A DNA stretch of 63,624 bases, filler included, from Collodictyon triciliatum (GCA_043381765.1; 4 parts of 4 records of this genome joined end to end with filler, not necessarily neighbours in it), one strand, 5' to 3'. Shown: positions 1 to 13,392, numbered from the whole stretch's first letter. The notes: generated by a model from the letters alone, not told the origin. A program made the numbers and translations.

Positions 1-3000
1 AATAACTCATGATGTCTTCCTTGATTTCAGTCATTTCTTTCAAAACATTGAATGCCTCCTTTGAGCCTTGTTGCGCTAGTTGCTTCAGTGTATCAAAGTT
101 TTCAGCTGCTTTTAGGGCCAAGAGACTCCACTCAGCTGCTTTCTCGGTGTCCTTCTCAACAACCCATCCATTCTCAAAGCACTCAGCCACAATAGAAACA
201 GCTTGTGGGTATATGTGTTTTTCACCAATTTTTCCCCAATCGCTAAGGATGTCTTTCTTGATTTCAGCCATTTCTTTCAAAACATTGAATGCCTCCTTTG
301 AGCCTTGTTGCGCTAGTTGCTTCAGTGTATCAAAGTTTTCAGCTGCTTTTAGGGCCAAGAGACTCCACTCAGCTGCTTTCTCAGTGTCCTTCCCAACAAC
401 CCATCCATTTTCATAGCACTCAGCCATCATTTGAGCCTGGAACTTAGTGAACTTACCCTGCTCACAATAGACAACAAAGTCCGCATCAAAGGAAACAGCA
501 CCGATAGAAAGTAGAAGAGATTTGTTGCATTGACTCAATCCTGTGACATTTCTGATTTGGATGCTTCCACCTTGCAGCTTTCTTGGGCCGATAATCTGGA
601 CTGTCTTTGCATCTTGGATACTGTTGGTATCAATCATGTTCACTGCATCACTTGTTCTGTTGAATACTGCGATGACTTCTGTCTTTTCTTTCTTGACTAG
701 ATATTTTCCTTGGATGTAAGTCACTTCTGGACTTTGCAGGCTGTATGTTTGGTTTCCTGTGGCTGCATCCCAAACATGTATTGTTTTATCATCACTTCCA
801 GAAGCCAACCACTTTTCACCATTCGGTCCTTGAATACTGCAAACACTCAAGACCCAATTTGTGTGACCTTCTAATGTTTTGATTGTGTTTCCTGTGGCTA
901 CATCCCATATACGTATTGCCTTATCACTACTCCCAGAAGCCAGCCAGTTTTCACTATTCGGTCCTTGAATGCTGCAAACACTTGTTACTTCATCTGTATG
1001 ACCTTTTAATGTTTTAATTTGGTTTCCTGTTGCTACATCCCAAATACATATTGTTCCATCACGACTTCCAGAAGCCAACCAATTTTCACCATTCGGTCCT
1101 TGAATGCTGCAAACACTCCAGACATCATTTGCATGTCCTTCTAATGTTTTGATTGGGTTTCCTGTGACTACATCCCAAATACCGATTGTATTATCACAAC
1201 TTCCAGAAGCCAGCCAGTTTTCACTATCATTCGGTCCTTGAACACTGCAAACACTGAAAACATAACTTGTATGACCTTCTAATGTTTTGATTGGTTTTCC
1301 TGTGACTACATCCCAAATACCGATTGTATTATCACCACTTCCAGAGGCCAACCACTTTTCACCATTCGACCCTTGAATACTGCAAACACTCTTGACAAAA
1401 TCTGTATGACTCTCTAATGTTTTGATCGGGTTTCCTGTGAATATATCCCAAATACGTATTGTTTTATCATCACTTCCAGAAGCCAACCAATTTTCACCAT
1501 TCGGTCCTTGAATACTGCAAACACTATTAACATCATTCTCATGTCCTATTAATACTTTGATTTGGTTTCCTGTGGCTACATCCCAAATACGTATTGTTTT
1601 ATCACGACTTCCAGAGACCAACCACTTTTCGCCATTTGGTCCTTGAATACTGCAAACACTTTTGACGTGATTTGTATGTCCTTCTAGTTTATCATGAGGA
1701 ATTATGATTTTCACATCATTCATATTCGCATGATCAAAAACACAATCACCAAGCATCGAATTCGTGAAGTCAACACCATCCAAGTTGGCACCAGTTAGGT
1801 TTACACCATCAAGGATTGAGTTACTGAGATTTGCATGTGTAATTCTGATGTTTGATAAATCCATTCCACCAAACGAAACATTCATGAAATTCAAAAGTGT
1901 GATTGCATCAGATGCAGCCTTTGATCTGCTTTCATCAGTCCTAGACATGTAGACAATTCTGAATAATGATGAAATGATTTGCTCACGATTCCATTCATCA
2001 TCCAATTTTGCATCATCAAGAGTTTCACTGATGAATTCCTTGACTCTTGTATACTCGGCGGGCTCTTTGTTGATTCCGATTTCTTTTGAATGGACGGACA
2101 AGAATTCGCATGAATTTAATGTTCTGGGATGAATCCATCCGAGTTTATCAGCGAATCTGTCTCTCATTTCAGCCCAGAATGCTGCGCTTTCTTTATGCTG
2201 CTTCGATTCCCTGCAAATCTTGTCAATTTCTTCGCAGCTGTTCCATATTCCGAGATAATTCATGGAGTAAAGCTTGCTGAATAAATGAATGAGCGTTTTG
2301 TAAAGTTGAATGATGACTTCATGCTCTTTCTTGTCCTTCATGAGTCGGATAATGTTGTCAATTTGTGAGCCGTCTTTGAGTGATATGACAGTCTTTGTCT
2401 CCTTTCTGATAGCAGCTGCCTTCTGGAAGTATTCAACGACTTGGTCCAATCTAGATGCGTGCACATTAATGAATGTTTATGTATGTTTTATTATAATTAA
2501 TAATCAAAATATTTAATTTTTTAATATAATAGAGAAATCAACCTTTCAAGCTCAAAGTTTGTTCTGCCAACATTCTCTAGGGAAGTGGCATAATCAACAT
2601 GCTTTTCGCCCAGTGTCCTCACACGAATATCTACTGTCTTTACATAGGCCTCCAAAGCACCCTTAAAGCTAAGATAATAAGAGTAAATATATTATTCTTT
2701 TCAATTCAAAATAAAAAAGAATATATTGATAAAAAGATATACTCCTTCAAATCGTGGCTGATGTCTCCAATCATCTCATAGCAGGCCACGACATTCGGAT
2801 GATTTTCACCCAGGGCAGACATGAAAATATCCAGCGATTGCTTTAATGAGGATAAGGCCTCAGTTTTCCTATATAAGATGATAGTTATTTGATATTTATT
2901 TAGTTAAAATTATATAATATATAATTTTTTAATACAAAGTACATAAAAATGAAAATTATGAAGCCAAAACCTATGCAAAAATTGAAAGAAAATTATTGTT

Positions 3001-6000
3001 GTATGCAAAATATCTAAAATTTAAAAATCCAACTTTCCACCGGCAAGATGAACGTTTGCAATATACTGGATTGTCGAGGCAACAGATGCATGCTTCGCTC
3101 CCAGCGATTTTTCAAGGATTGATTTCGCTTTTTCGTAGTTGTCAACAGACTCTTCATACCTTGATTATTCAATCATATAAATATTTCTCACAAAAATCAT
3201 AACGATATTTAAAATCAGCTTAAATAGGATGAATGTGTTACTTTTTTCCAGCTAGAGAGACATGGCCATAGTTCTGATACGATATTGCGACAAGTGGATG
3301 CTCGTTTCCGACTTTCTTTTGGCGGATTTCCATTGCTTTTTCGTATTCAACTAGAGCTTGCTCATTCCTATCATAAAAAATTAATCAGCATATATATTTA
3401 CAGAAAAGTGTAGAATATTAGCGAATATAAATTATTCAAATTATTACTTTGACTGCTTCACATAGATGTCTCCGAAACAGTCGTGTGATTGGGCCACTTG
3501 CAGGTCGTTCTCACCCAGCTGTTTGACTCTCAGTTCCAGTGATTTTTTGTATTGATCAAGAGCTTCATCAATTCTATTTCATAATAAGCAAATCAGAATA
3601 ATTCCTTTTTGAAACATTATTCATAATTTATTTTACAATTGAAAGCGAGGCTTACTTTTCCTGTTGCTGGTAGATGAATCCCATCTCTTCATGTATGATG
3701 GCGATAAGTAGGAAATCATCTGCGTTTTTCTCAACTGAATCGAGACATCTCTTGTAGTAGACCATGGACTCAGCCCAGCTGTTTAATTTATTTTTATTTT
3801 AGAAAAGTTTTCATTATAAACATCATGTCAAGTCCTAATTATAATAATTAGTGTTTTTTTTATTTATTTTACTTTTGGAGGTTCTTGTAGACACGACCAA
3901 GATTCAGGTAATCAGCAGACTTTGCATCTATAAATTGACAGATTATTCAACATATCCATATATAAATTCGTCTTCATGACATAAATTCATCAAAAAAAAA
4001 AAAAAGAAGAAGAGGAATTGCATACTTTCTGTATGATGCTTTCCAAGACGCACATTCAGAACAGACAACAAGAACGAGTTCTCAAAAGACTCCAAGAAAA
4101 ATCCAACCAGCAGGTCTCCCACTTTATCCAAAGACTGAAAAAAATATAATTAATAGATAAATCATGATTGATAATTAAATTTGTGAGTAGTAACCTTCAA
4201 AAAATAAAGATAAATAGTAAATAACCTTGGCCAAGCTTCCATAGGCATCTTTGTAGTTTGCCACTCCACTTGCGTTGATTTCTCTCCAGCATGAAAAGAA
4301 CTCGTAGCGATAGCGACCACCAAGCATGATACTGATAACCTATGAAATATAAAAATAATAAGTGAGTTCGTTTTATTATGGATAAAATAATTGAACATAT
4401 CATATAATAAAAAAATTACATGTTTTTGCTTCATGTATTCCACAAGCAAGTCAAACGAACTGCCCTTCAGAAGCTGGTAGCAAATTTCAGCAGCAAGCTC
4501 CTCATCCGCATCAACAACCTCAGAATACTGGCCAAACAGCCATTTTCCGTATTTTTGGTGCGTTTTTTCCATCTCTTTCTCTTCGGAGAAATAGACCTTT
4601 TCGGTGGTCTCCAGCAGCAGCTGGTGGAAGTACATGTATCTATGATAAACAATTATTAAGATTACTAAAATAAAATTATACCGAAAACACCGATTAACGA
4701 ATAAAACGATTGAAAAATAACACCAACCTTCCATTGCGGACGAAAAGCGACTCGATGAGGGTAAAGAAGAAGGATTTCCTATTTGAATGAATAAAAGGAT
4801 TAGATAAATAAAAAGAATAAAAGAAAAAAGATAAATATATTGATTCTATTGAAATTCAAGAGAAAGAAAACCATTCGGCAAGCTCGAATCCTGTGCCAAT
4901 CGCATCTTTCATGTAGTTGTCCAAATCACCTTCACTCAGGCCAATGCGGGAAACAAAGAGAACCTTCATCGAGAGGGAGACATACTCGACATGCATTGTC
5001 TCTTTTCCATCAGACAAGGAAACTGAACAAAGAAAATAAACATTCAACAAAAGTGGCAATTATAATTCTTTACTTTTTTTTTTTTTTTTTGTGAAATTTG
5101 AAACCAATACTCACCTTTCCTGTCAAACTTCAGTTGCCAGCGCTGGATAATGAGAGTGTAAAGTTCAATAACACCATCCGTAGAAAGCAGCGCAAACAGT
5201 TCATCATCAAGCTTCTCATAGACACCAAAGACCCTGACCTCATCCAGAATGATGCGGAGATAGAGTGGATGGCCTATAATAAAATATCACATAAGAATGA
5301 ATTAATTATTCCATTAAAAATTTAATCAAAATATATACTCTTTTTAAAATTTCTCACCAGTATCTTCCAGGTCAGCCAGAATCATTCCGACTTGCTTTTC
5401 GTTCAGGGTCTTGTCATAGCGAATGAGAAATGATTCGACACCATCCTTAATTTCGCTCTCGGTCAACTTGGCAACAGGAATCGGCTCCAGTCCACTTTGC
5501 TTGGCAGACTTATGACAGATACATTTAAGTAAAGTTCCATTCAAATCATTTTTATACAGAATATAAACATATTCAAAAAATTATATTAAATGATGAATAC
5601 CGTGCAAGATTCATGAGTATGAATGGTCGACACAACCATGGCAACATTAGGCGGTGTTTCCTTGGGCAACCAGGTCAGCAGATGCGGAGCTGGCGTTCCT
5701 TGCGACGGGTGGATTTGGTTGATAGCATCGATGAGGAAGACAAACTTCTCGTCCCTACAATATATATATATATATATATATATTAATATCAATTTTTATT
5801 CGATTTAAAGTATTTTAATTTTGATTTAATAATTAAAATAGATAAAAAAATTAAATATTACTTGTTTTTCTCCTGAATCATTTTCAGCAACCCTTGGAGT
5901 CCCTCTTTTTCGTATTCTGGTGGAAAAATAAAATAAATGCATGAAGAATTGTTATACAACATTTGAATCGAATTAAAAAGATAAAAATACAACACAATAC

Positions 6001-8864
6001 TGTAATACCAGCTTCCTGCTTCTTTTGCCCGACAAAGTTGGCAGAGTTTGCGACCAAAGTCCAGAAGCGAATCGAAACACTAAAATAAAACAAATACTTT
6101 TAGAAAAACCAAAATAATATCTTTATATCTATAGAAACAAAAAGAAATAGAAATAACCTTTCCACGTAGTTGCTGAGATTGGTGCATCCGACAAAATGGA
6201 AAAAGACATGCAGCCCAGGATGCTTCAGCCCTTCGAGGTCTCTCGCTGCGGCAGCCATCAGCGACGACTTTCCAATCCCAGACTCGGCAGCAAGAACGAT
6301 GATTTTGGATTTATCAGTGTTCAGCTGATTCATGGCCTGATAAACAAAAAAAGATAATTTATTGATAAGAATAGAAAAAATCAAATGTAGTTGTCATTTT
6401 AATTCATTGTTCTTCATTTTCATCTTACTTGCTCCGTGATTGTCTTGAGGAGCTCCTTTCTTCCGCCAAACCCAGCTAGTCGATGCATCTTGAACTGGTG
6501 CTGCGCTTGGTCTTCAGGGTCTCTCACCTATGTATAGTTATGAGAACAACAAAATGTAAACGACATATCACCAATCAATATTGCAACTTTTGTACTAATT
6601 AAAAAAAATACGGTTTGATTCCCAAAGTCTCGCTCGATGGCGTAGGAGAGATGGTAAGTCACAAAGTCCGAATACTCCTTCGCTCCTTTGTAGACAACAT
6701 GCCCGAACTTGGCCTTGACTTTCCCTTTGAGCTCCTCCTGCCTCTTACGCTAAAAAAAAATAATGATAAAAAATACAAAAATACTTGTCAAAAATTAAAT
6801 CATTAAATAATCATAACATAATTACTCGAAAACGAAAACATAAGTTTAAATTAATTTTTTTACCGCCTCTTCGCCTTCAGCTTGGAATAGCTTTCTTTCT
6901 TCCTCGTTCTTGGCATGTTGGACAGCATAATGCTCATTGCGGAGGTAAAAGAAGGCGCGGCTGCATGCTGGTTTGTCAATCAGACAGGCGTACTGAATCT
7001 GAACATGAATATATGATTTAGAGATAATTTATTTAACTTCTCAATTTTTCATTAACAAAATGATATATGATAAATTTTAGAGATTGGCTTCACCTCGTAT
7101 TCAGTCACACTCAACCCAGGCATTTCCTTAATGAAAGGGAAGCGGCTATTGGTTTCACTGCGCCATTCCACAGAGACATCCTTCATGGTGGCATCAGGCT
7201 GGGTTATCAGCAGCTCCTTAAGGCGGGCTTGTTTATTCAGCTCCGTTTTGTTCTGGTCAGGAATCCAGCCATAGCGCGCACCGAGAGAACACACAAAGTA
7301 TGGGCATTTTCCAATAGAGTCCAGACAGCGAATCACAACCTTGAAAGCAACAAGAGAAAATTGAAGTTTATTATTTTATAAAATGCTTAATATTCTAAAA
7401 AAATTCCAAAAATAATGTTAATAATATTGTGATTACCCATCCCTCGCTACTGTCCACAGAAGTCAGTCCCCAGCGCAAGTCGATAAAGACAAGGTCCACT
7501 CCCAACGATTTCGCAAGTCTTTTCAATCTGGTATTAAAAATTATATTGTTAGGAAAATAAAAACATCAAGTTATCGTTCCTTATCATAGATTTATTATAA
7601 AAATGTTTGGATTAAACTTACTCAGGGGCTCCGTTCTTGAAGAACTCGTCTCTTTCTTGCTGCATGTCACGGAAGGTCGAGGAAAGAAAAACACGGATGA
7701 CACGCTCGTCAAAGACAATGAGCTGCAACGGTGTTGGTGTCACGTATCTCTGTGGAGCCGGATTCCACTTCTTGTATTGCCTCTCTTTCAGGTCTTCACG
7801 AGCAAGCTTCATCTGGTTTGAAAAGGACATTATATTTCACAAAACTGAATGTATTTCAAATTTTAATTATTTTTAATAAATTATTATTTACCTTGTCAAG
7901 AAGAATGCAAGTGCGGATGAGCACAACAGAGCCTTTTTCTTCCAGACCAAGACCTGATTCAATATTTAAATTTAGTTAAGTTGATTTATTAAAATAGTAT
8001 CAAATAAAAATATCACAAAAAGAGATAAAGATAAATCAAATTTCAACCATCGAACGGAAACGGGGCCTTCGCTCTTTGGTAGAGCTTCTTGGCAATATCG
8101 TACCTCTCACGACATTTTTTCTACAATTTTTAACGATTGGAAACTATATTTCTGCATGGTTCAAAAAATAAAAAAAACTTAAATATGAATGATTAAAAGG
8201 AGGTGTTTTGTTACCCCAAGACTTCCCAAATGACCAACACTTTGTCCAATAAGGTACTGGAGCATTGCGTAGACCAAATCTGTAGGAATATTTATATGTC
8301 AATTACCCATACAAAATAAATTGATGATATATGAAATATTCCAATATTATGTCCCTTCAAAAACCAATAAAGCAGACCAGCGTAATGAGCCTGAGAAGCA
8401 ACAGCCTCATCATGCACATTCAATCTCAGAAACCAATCAACAATAATTTTTTGATTCTCGTCAACAAGAACCTCCTCCTCAATAGCTTTGTCGCTGATAT
8501 GAAAAGGGATTAAATACCAATCCATGAAAAAATAAACTATAAAAATTGTGAATATCATAAATAAATCATACGCAAACAAGCGGGAATGGTAGCTTCCCAC
8601 GGACTTTCCGATGACCGTCTCAATCAGCATGGCCAAAAAGAACCCGTCCATAAAGTCATCGTGGATGTTCTTCGCCTTGAGCTCGATTTTTCCCAGGTGG
8701 TGGTTCACCCATTCGAGGACAGCCTGTGCTCAGTTGCTAGGTTAAGTTATCAATCCTCTTCGATAAATAAAATATTTATTGATGCATACGTATGTATTTG
8801 CGCAAACTTCGTCAATGGTGACAAGGCTGACGTTGGCCTCGGTGCTTGTTTCGGTTGCAGACAT
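1..8864 (-). CDS. Large multi-exon STAND/NLR-like protein: calponin-homology-like N-terminus, DUF4062, NACHT NTPase (NPHP3/TEP1/NWD-like), TPR repeats, pentapeptide repeat, 7 WD40 repeats, Sel1-like repeats; 3' end runs off the window
   Basis: ATG at 8864 (MSATETSTE). CH-like WVNHHL...DDFMDGFFLAMLIE. DUF4062 motifs IRVFLSSTFRDMQQERD, IDLRWG, SLGARYGWIP, SVTEYEI. Walker A AESGIGKS, Walker B FVFLIDAINQ, WLPKETPPNV. Six TPR exons in 2543-3778. Final open frame from 2450 to <1 holds the pentapeptide, WD40 and Sel1-like repeats. GT-AG introns joined in consistent phase where checked. Confidence 0.85.
13..428 (-). repeat. Near-identical 237-nt (79-aa) coding tandem duplication with a Sel1-like motif
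   Basis: TTGATTTCAG...CCATCCATT starts at both 21 and 258 (offset 237). The minus frame reads AEC(Y/F)ENGWVV(G/E)KDTEKAAEWSLLALKAAENF twice. Confidence 0.85.
745..1690 (-). repeat. Seven highly similar 135-nt (45-aa) WD40 coding repeats
   Basis: Unit LEGHxxxVxSVCSIQGPNGExWLASGSxDxTIxIWDVxTG recurs at 135-nt spacing (one unit is 138 nt). Confidence 0.95.
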
Positions 8865-9751
8865 GTTTTGAATCTTTCTATTCTTTTGTGCGTGTTGTAT
8901 AAAAAAACATCGTATTCATGGGTTATAATATATGCCAATTATCAATCTACTCTAATGTAAAACAAGCTGTCTCTCCTTTTTCATGAATGGATATTGTTTG
9001 ATTTATCAATTTATATTTTGAATGCGTTTTGGATAGTTTTTATAGGCTAACAAGGCTATATTGTACTACTTCTCAAAGCTCAATATTATCAACTCTTAAT
9101 ATTTTATTTTTCTTTGTTATGAAATAAACTATTCGTGAATACAAATATATCTCAATATGAGATGAATTCTGTGCTTTTATATTGCTTTTTTTTGTAAATA
9201 ATATGGATGTGATTTGTTTATGCATCAAACGGCCACTAAACATTCAGTTAATGCTAAATATTTCGTATAATATAACAAATGTGATGTGTGCAAGTCTGCA
9301 TGATAGATTGATATTCTTCCAGGTCGATTTAATATAATTCCTTTGAATCTATTCAAAATTGTGCAAATATCTCAAACTATATGTGATGATTAGTATGTTC
9401 CCACAGAATGTCAAATTCACAAACAAGATACAATTGTAAAACCGATACTCATGTAATACTCTCCGTTCATTATAGCCTGAGATATTCATTGTGAAGATTT
9501 TACGTGGGATAAAAAAAAACCAAACCACCACCGCTTAAGTTTTCTAGGTTAAGGTGCTTGCCTTCCATTCAACGTAAGCATTTTTACAAATGTGCCTTGC
9601 ATTGACAGACAAATCATGAAAGGTAAGCTTCCTTAGGAATTATCCTTGTATGATAATACTATTCGAGTGAAAAAGTAAACTTTCATTTTGCATGATGATA
9701 AAAAATTCTGACTTCATATTACTGCACCTTGGACTGTTTGTCCAGATTGTT

Positions 9752-11519
9752 TTAGTGTGAGGCGCGTCTCCTAGAATCCGCACGCTCTTTTTGGAAAGCT
9801 CTTGTATGAGTTGCTCTTGCTTGAGCGATGCTTAATCTTTCATAGCTCCGGGTGGTTGGGTTTAAAACGGTCGACATTGTCTTTCTATGCTTGACAGCTC
9901 GTTCTGTTAGTATTTGTTCGGTGTTACCATGATATTTTCTTTTGGCTTTTCCCTTGTGTTCTCTGACAGAGTACGAAATAGAGAGGGAAACGTAACATGG
10001 AAGTTTTCTTTTTTTATACTTTGGGTAGTTCTGATGCCGGATTCTTATCCAGCGCTCCATTCATCAAAAACACGTGTTAACGCTTGAAGAATACTATGAA
10101 GATGAGTTGTTTGTTGTTTTTCATGTACCTTCAATGTCGCCCTTGATGAAGCCCGGAGGAATGCGGCAAATAATGGGAAGCAAAGAGCTGGCCTCTCTCT
10201 AGGTATGATCACGAAAAAAAAAGTGGTTAAGTATTATTTTACTCTCGTCTCTGCAATTTTTCTTTTGGAAAAGGATGCTATGTATTCTTGAAGTTGATTG
10301 AATAGCTGGTTCGTACTCTTATCTTTACAGCTCTCAAAATCTTTCAGGACTGGGCTTATTCTTTCCTTACCTGTAAGTGGGCGTGGTAGTTCTGGGGCAT
10401 TTGTGCTTACCTCGAAGGCGGACGTGACAGCCGGTTCCGTACAGGTTCTGCTTCCGAGCGCTCTTTGTGGGCGATTAGGTGTGGCTGGGAACCTTTGGTC
10501 GAGCGGAGGGCTCCGTTCTTGTGTTCGGTTGTGTGTTTGCTTCAAGCCAGTGCTTTCGATCTCCGAGCGTCATTCCATCGAATAGAAAGAAAAAGAAAAA
10601 GAAAAAGAAAAAGAAAAGAAATAAAATCAGTTACATGACCTTCAGTAAACACCTCACACATGCATTTATATTCATTTGGATGTAACATTTCATGCTCTTT
10701 ACCACACACCAACGAAAAGACAGCCGAAGCGAGGCAACGTTTCATGGGCGAGGATGAGCTGTTGTCGAGTGTGCATTTCCCAGCCGAGTCGGGGGAGGGG
10801 TGGTGGTATCATAGGCAGCGAACTGAGGCAAGGATGTTTCGAGCGGGTAGTCGCTCTTGATTAATAAGGATATTATAAAGATGGAATATGCATAGAATAA
10901 GATACTCCTTTCGTGGGAAACATGGCTATCAGCTCGGCAAGGACTCCTATCAATTTCATAATAAATAGACACAGCTGGCAAATTAGAGTGATTGCAAAAT
11001 TGGAATTCATCTTTCACACACTTTTTTAACAGAATAGAAAAGATAAGTTCTGAAGTCTGCAGCCACCGACATCGCTGGTGTATTATCAAACTTTGATTGG
11101 TTTGAAAAGCAAAATATAATTGCACTGAAGAAACACAACTGTATTTTTTTTGCTTCATTGACACATTGATTTCTTTGAATAAAATACAGATCGTGAATAC
11201 TACATGAGAATTGCAATTCATACAAATATATAAAATATAGTTTTGTGATAACATACATGTTCCTTCGCGTTCAATTTAAAATATCGAATATACTGAAATG
11301 ATTTATTATTATTTTTTTATGAATTTTGGACAATAAAGAGACTTACTGTTTCTCACACAACAACTCATCCCCACACTCCACAAATCGTTCCTTAGACCAT
11401 CTCTTCATATCATCGGAAACTCTAGGAGCCGTCCATCCAACCACCCCTCCCTCCTCGGTAGTAGCAGCAGATCGAACAGCTCCCTTTCCCTTGGTTGTTT
11501 GTATCGTGTCCTTTACCAT
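9752..11519 (-). CDS. Hypothetical multi-exon protein
   Basis: ATG at 11519 and a phase-consistent chain of GT-AG exons (...KIAETR|REASSLLP...GDIE|ERAVKHRKT...RASH*) ending at TAA 9752. No recognisable domain. Confidence 0.4.
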
Positions 11520-13009
11520 GACCTTCGCAGGATTCAGAGCGTGAGATAAAGTAAGTGAAAATCAGGTACAAAAGATGATTTATATATAATTGTTTGTTAG
11601 AGACATGAAATTATTAAAAATATGACTAAACAAAAGCTGTTGTAATCAAAACTCCTCAAAAAATAATCGTATATCATCGTTTCTTAAAACTAATATTTTG
11701 ATATTAAATCATCGGTTTTCTCTCATCAGCTGGTTTGTTCTTATAAACCCAAGTATGACTATCATTATTCATTCATACGTTACTTCTGTTTCATCATTAA
11801 CAACCCCATTGGAAATCCAGGATAAAATGAAAGATATATCTCTCCAGATTATTATGATACTGATATGTAAACACCTCTTTTTGCTTAAATATTTTTCGAT
11901 TGAATCAGATTTAAAAAAAATAAACAATTAAAAAATGTGCTGCATTGAGCTATTCTGATATTATCAGATTAACAATGGAGCATGAAACAGACATAAATTT
12001 ATAAATTTTATTTTAACCACGTAAAATAGAAAATGAGGTAAAATAAAAGCATTTGTTTAATATAATCTTTCATTTCAGGTAACGTAATAAACCGTGAGCC
12101 ACACGACTTCATAAACAAGCAACTTTGTCTACTTTCGGCCACATTGGGTATTCAAAGGCCTTCAACTCGTTCCTGGATGGTATAAACGAATATAAAGTTT
12201 TCTCATTAATGTGGGCATAGTCATCAATACAATCATTTGTAAATCAATATTATATTATTCAGAATGAAAGCAATTCGGTTGTGCAGTGGCTACAGGTGTT
12301 AATGGTTATTGAAATTAGTTAAGAATAAACTGAAGGGATAATCAAAGTCGACAGAATTCATATATTCCCTGTATCAATCGATTTCCATGTGTGAAGTTGA
12401 AAAAATACAGATTCATTATAAAGAACCTCTGCCACTTTCATTTACTTCAGCAGCCCATCAAGAGGCATGAATGCAGTCATTACTATATGAATAAAACACA
12501 CAAAAATAAGACATCGGAATGATAAATGAAGAATGATAATGCCTCTAAATAGTAGTTATCAGACCTTGTGTTGACAATATCGACCTATAGATGAAGACAT
12601 AATCGTAGTGTCTATTTTGTCTATATAAAAATAATAGATGTTCTAAAATTGAATTAATGATATTCTAAAATGTATCACGTCTGAAATTACACTTTGTATA
12701 TAGAATTGCTTGAATTTACTAACTCGTGTAAGGCTCGACATAACAATTCAACCATGTCGTATATTCAACACAAAATTCGCAGAGCAGGAAACCATAGCCT
12801 ATAATCGGATTAATGTCTTTTTTTATAAAAAAATAATTATAGGTAAATAAGTGATTGGTAAAATAAGGCACCGATTCCACAAACCTCTCCAAAAAGTGTG
12901 TGCTGCATAAAGATAAGGGGAAATAAGTCTGGTATTTTATGGGATGAAATGTCAAAAATAAAACTAATAAAACTTCGTCATACCAAAGGGGATGAGTTTA
13001 TATTTCTCA

Positions 13010-13392
13010 CACGTGCAGGATGTCTCTTCATGCAATAGTCCTGTGCATGTTTATAAGGGCTAGAGACTATGAAAATGCAGAATCTTTGCTGCTAATGTGA
13101 TATGACTCCCCCTTTCCACGACTAATGTATCGCCATCTTCGCATTCATCACTAATCGGGCCGTGTGAGAAGAGATGTGTGTAAAGAAACCAAGAAAGTGA
13201 TTAAACTTCCCCTTACCTCTCATGCACCATAAGACCCCAGGCCACAGGCCAAAGCGCGGTATGCAAATCTTAATTATTGACTACTTCTCTGTCACTCAGG
13301 TTCCAATGGAAGCATCCATGCAAACAAATGCTAGCGAATCAGAGTCAATATACCTAATCTCGCACAAATCAAATTGAAATTTTTATAAAAAT
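13010..13392 (+). mobile_element. Degenerate 3' fragment of the same non-LTR retroelement family as 15401-15950, in opposite orientation
   Basis: Clear nucleotide similarity to the reverse complement of 15401-15800, e.g. AGCATCCATGCAAACAAATGCTAGCGAATCAGAGTCAA vs AGCGTCCATGCAAACAATGGTTAGCGAATCAAAGCCAA. Decayed peptide VRRDVCK...PGHRPKRGMQILIIDYFS vs VRRDMWK...PGYRPNRRMQFLITDYLS. Contains stops and frameshifts. Confidence 0.75.

Noticed and set aside
9-416. Plus-strand 135-aa ORF with internal repeat
   Set aside because: Antisense shadow of the Sel1-like repeats on the minus strand; the real frame is missing from the track because it has no stop inside the window.
745-1690. Regular 135-nt repeats with variable segments as a possible CRISPR-like array
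   Set aside because: In-frame WD40 coding repeats in a eukaryotic gene; no repeat-spacer structure and no cas genes.
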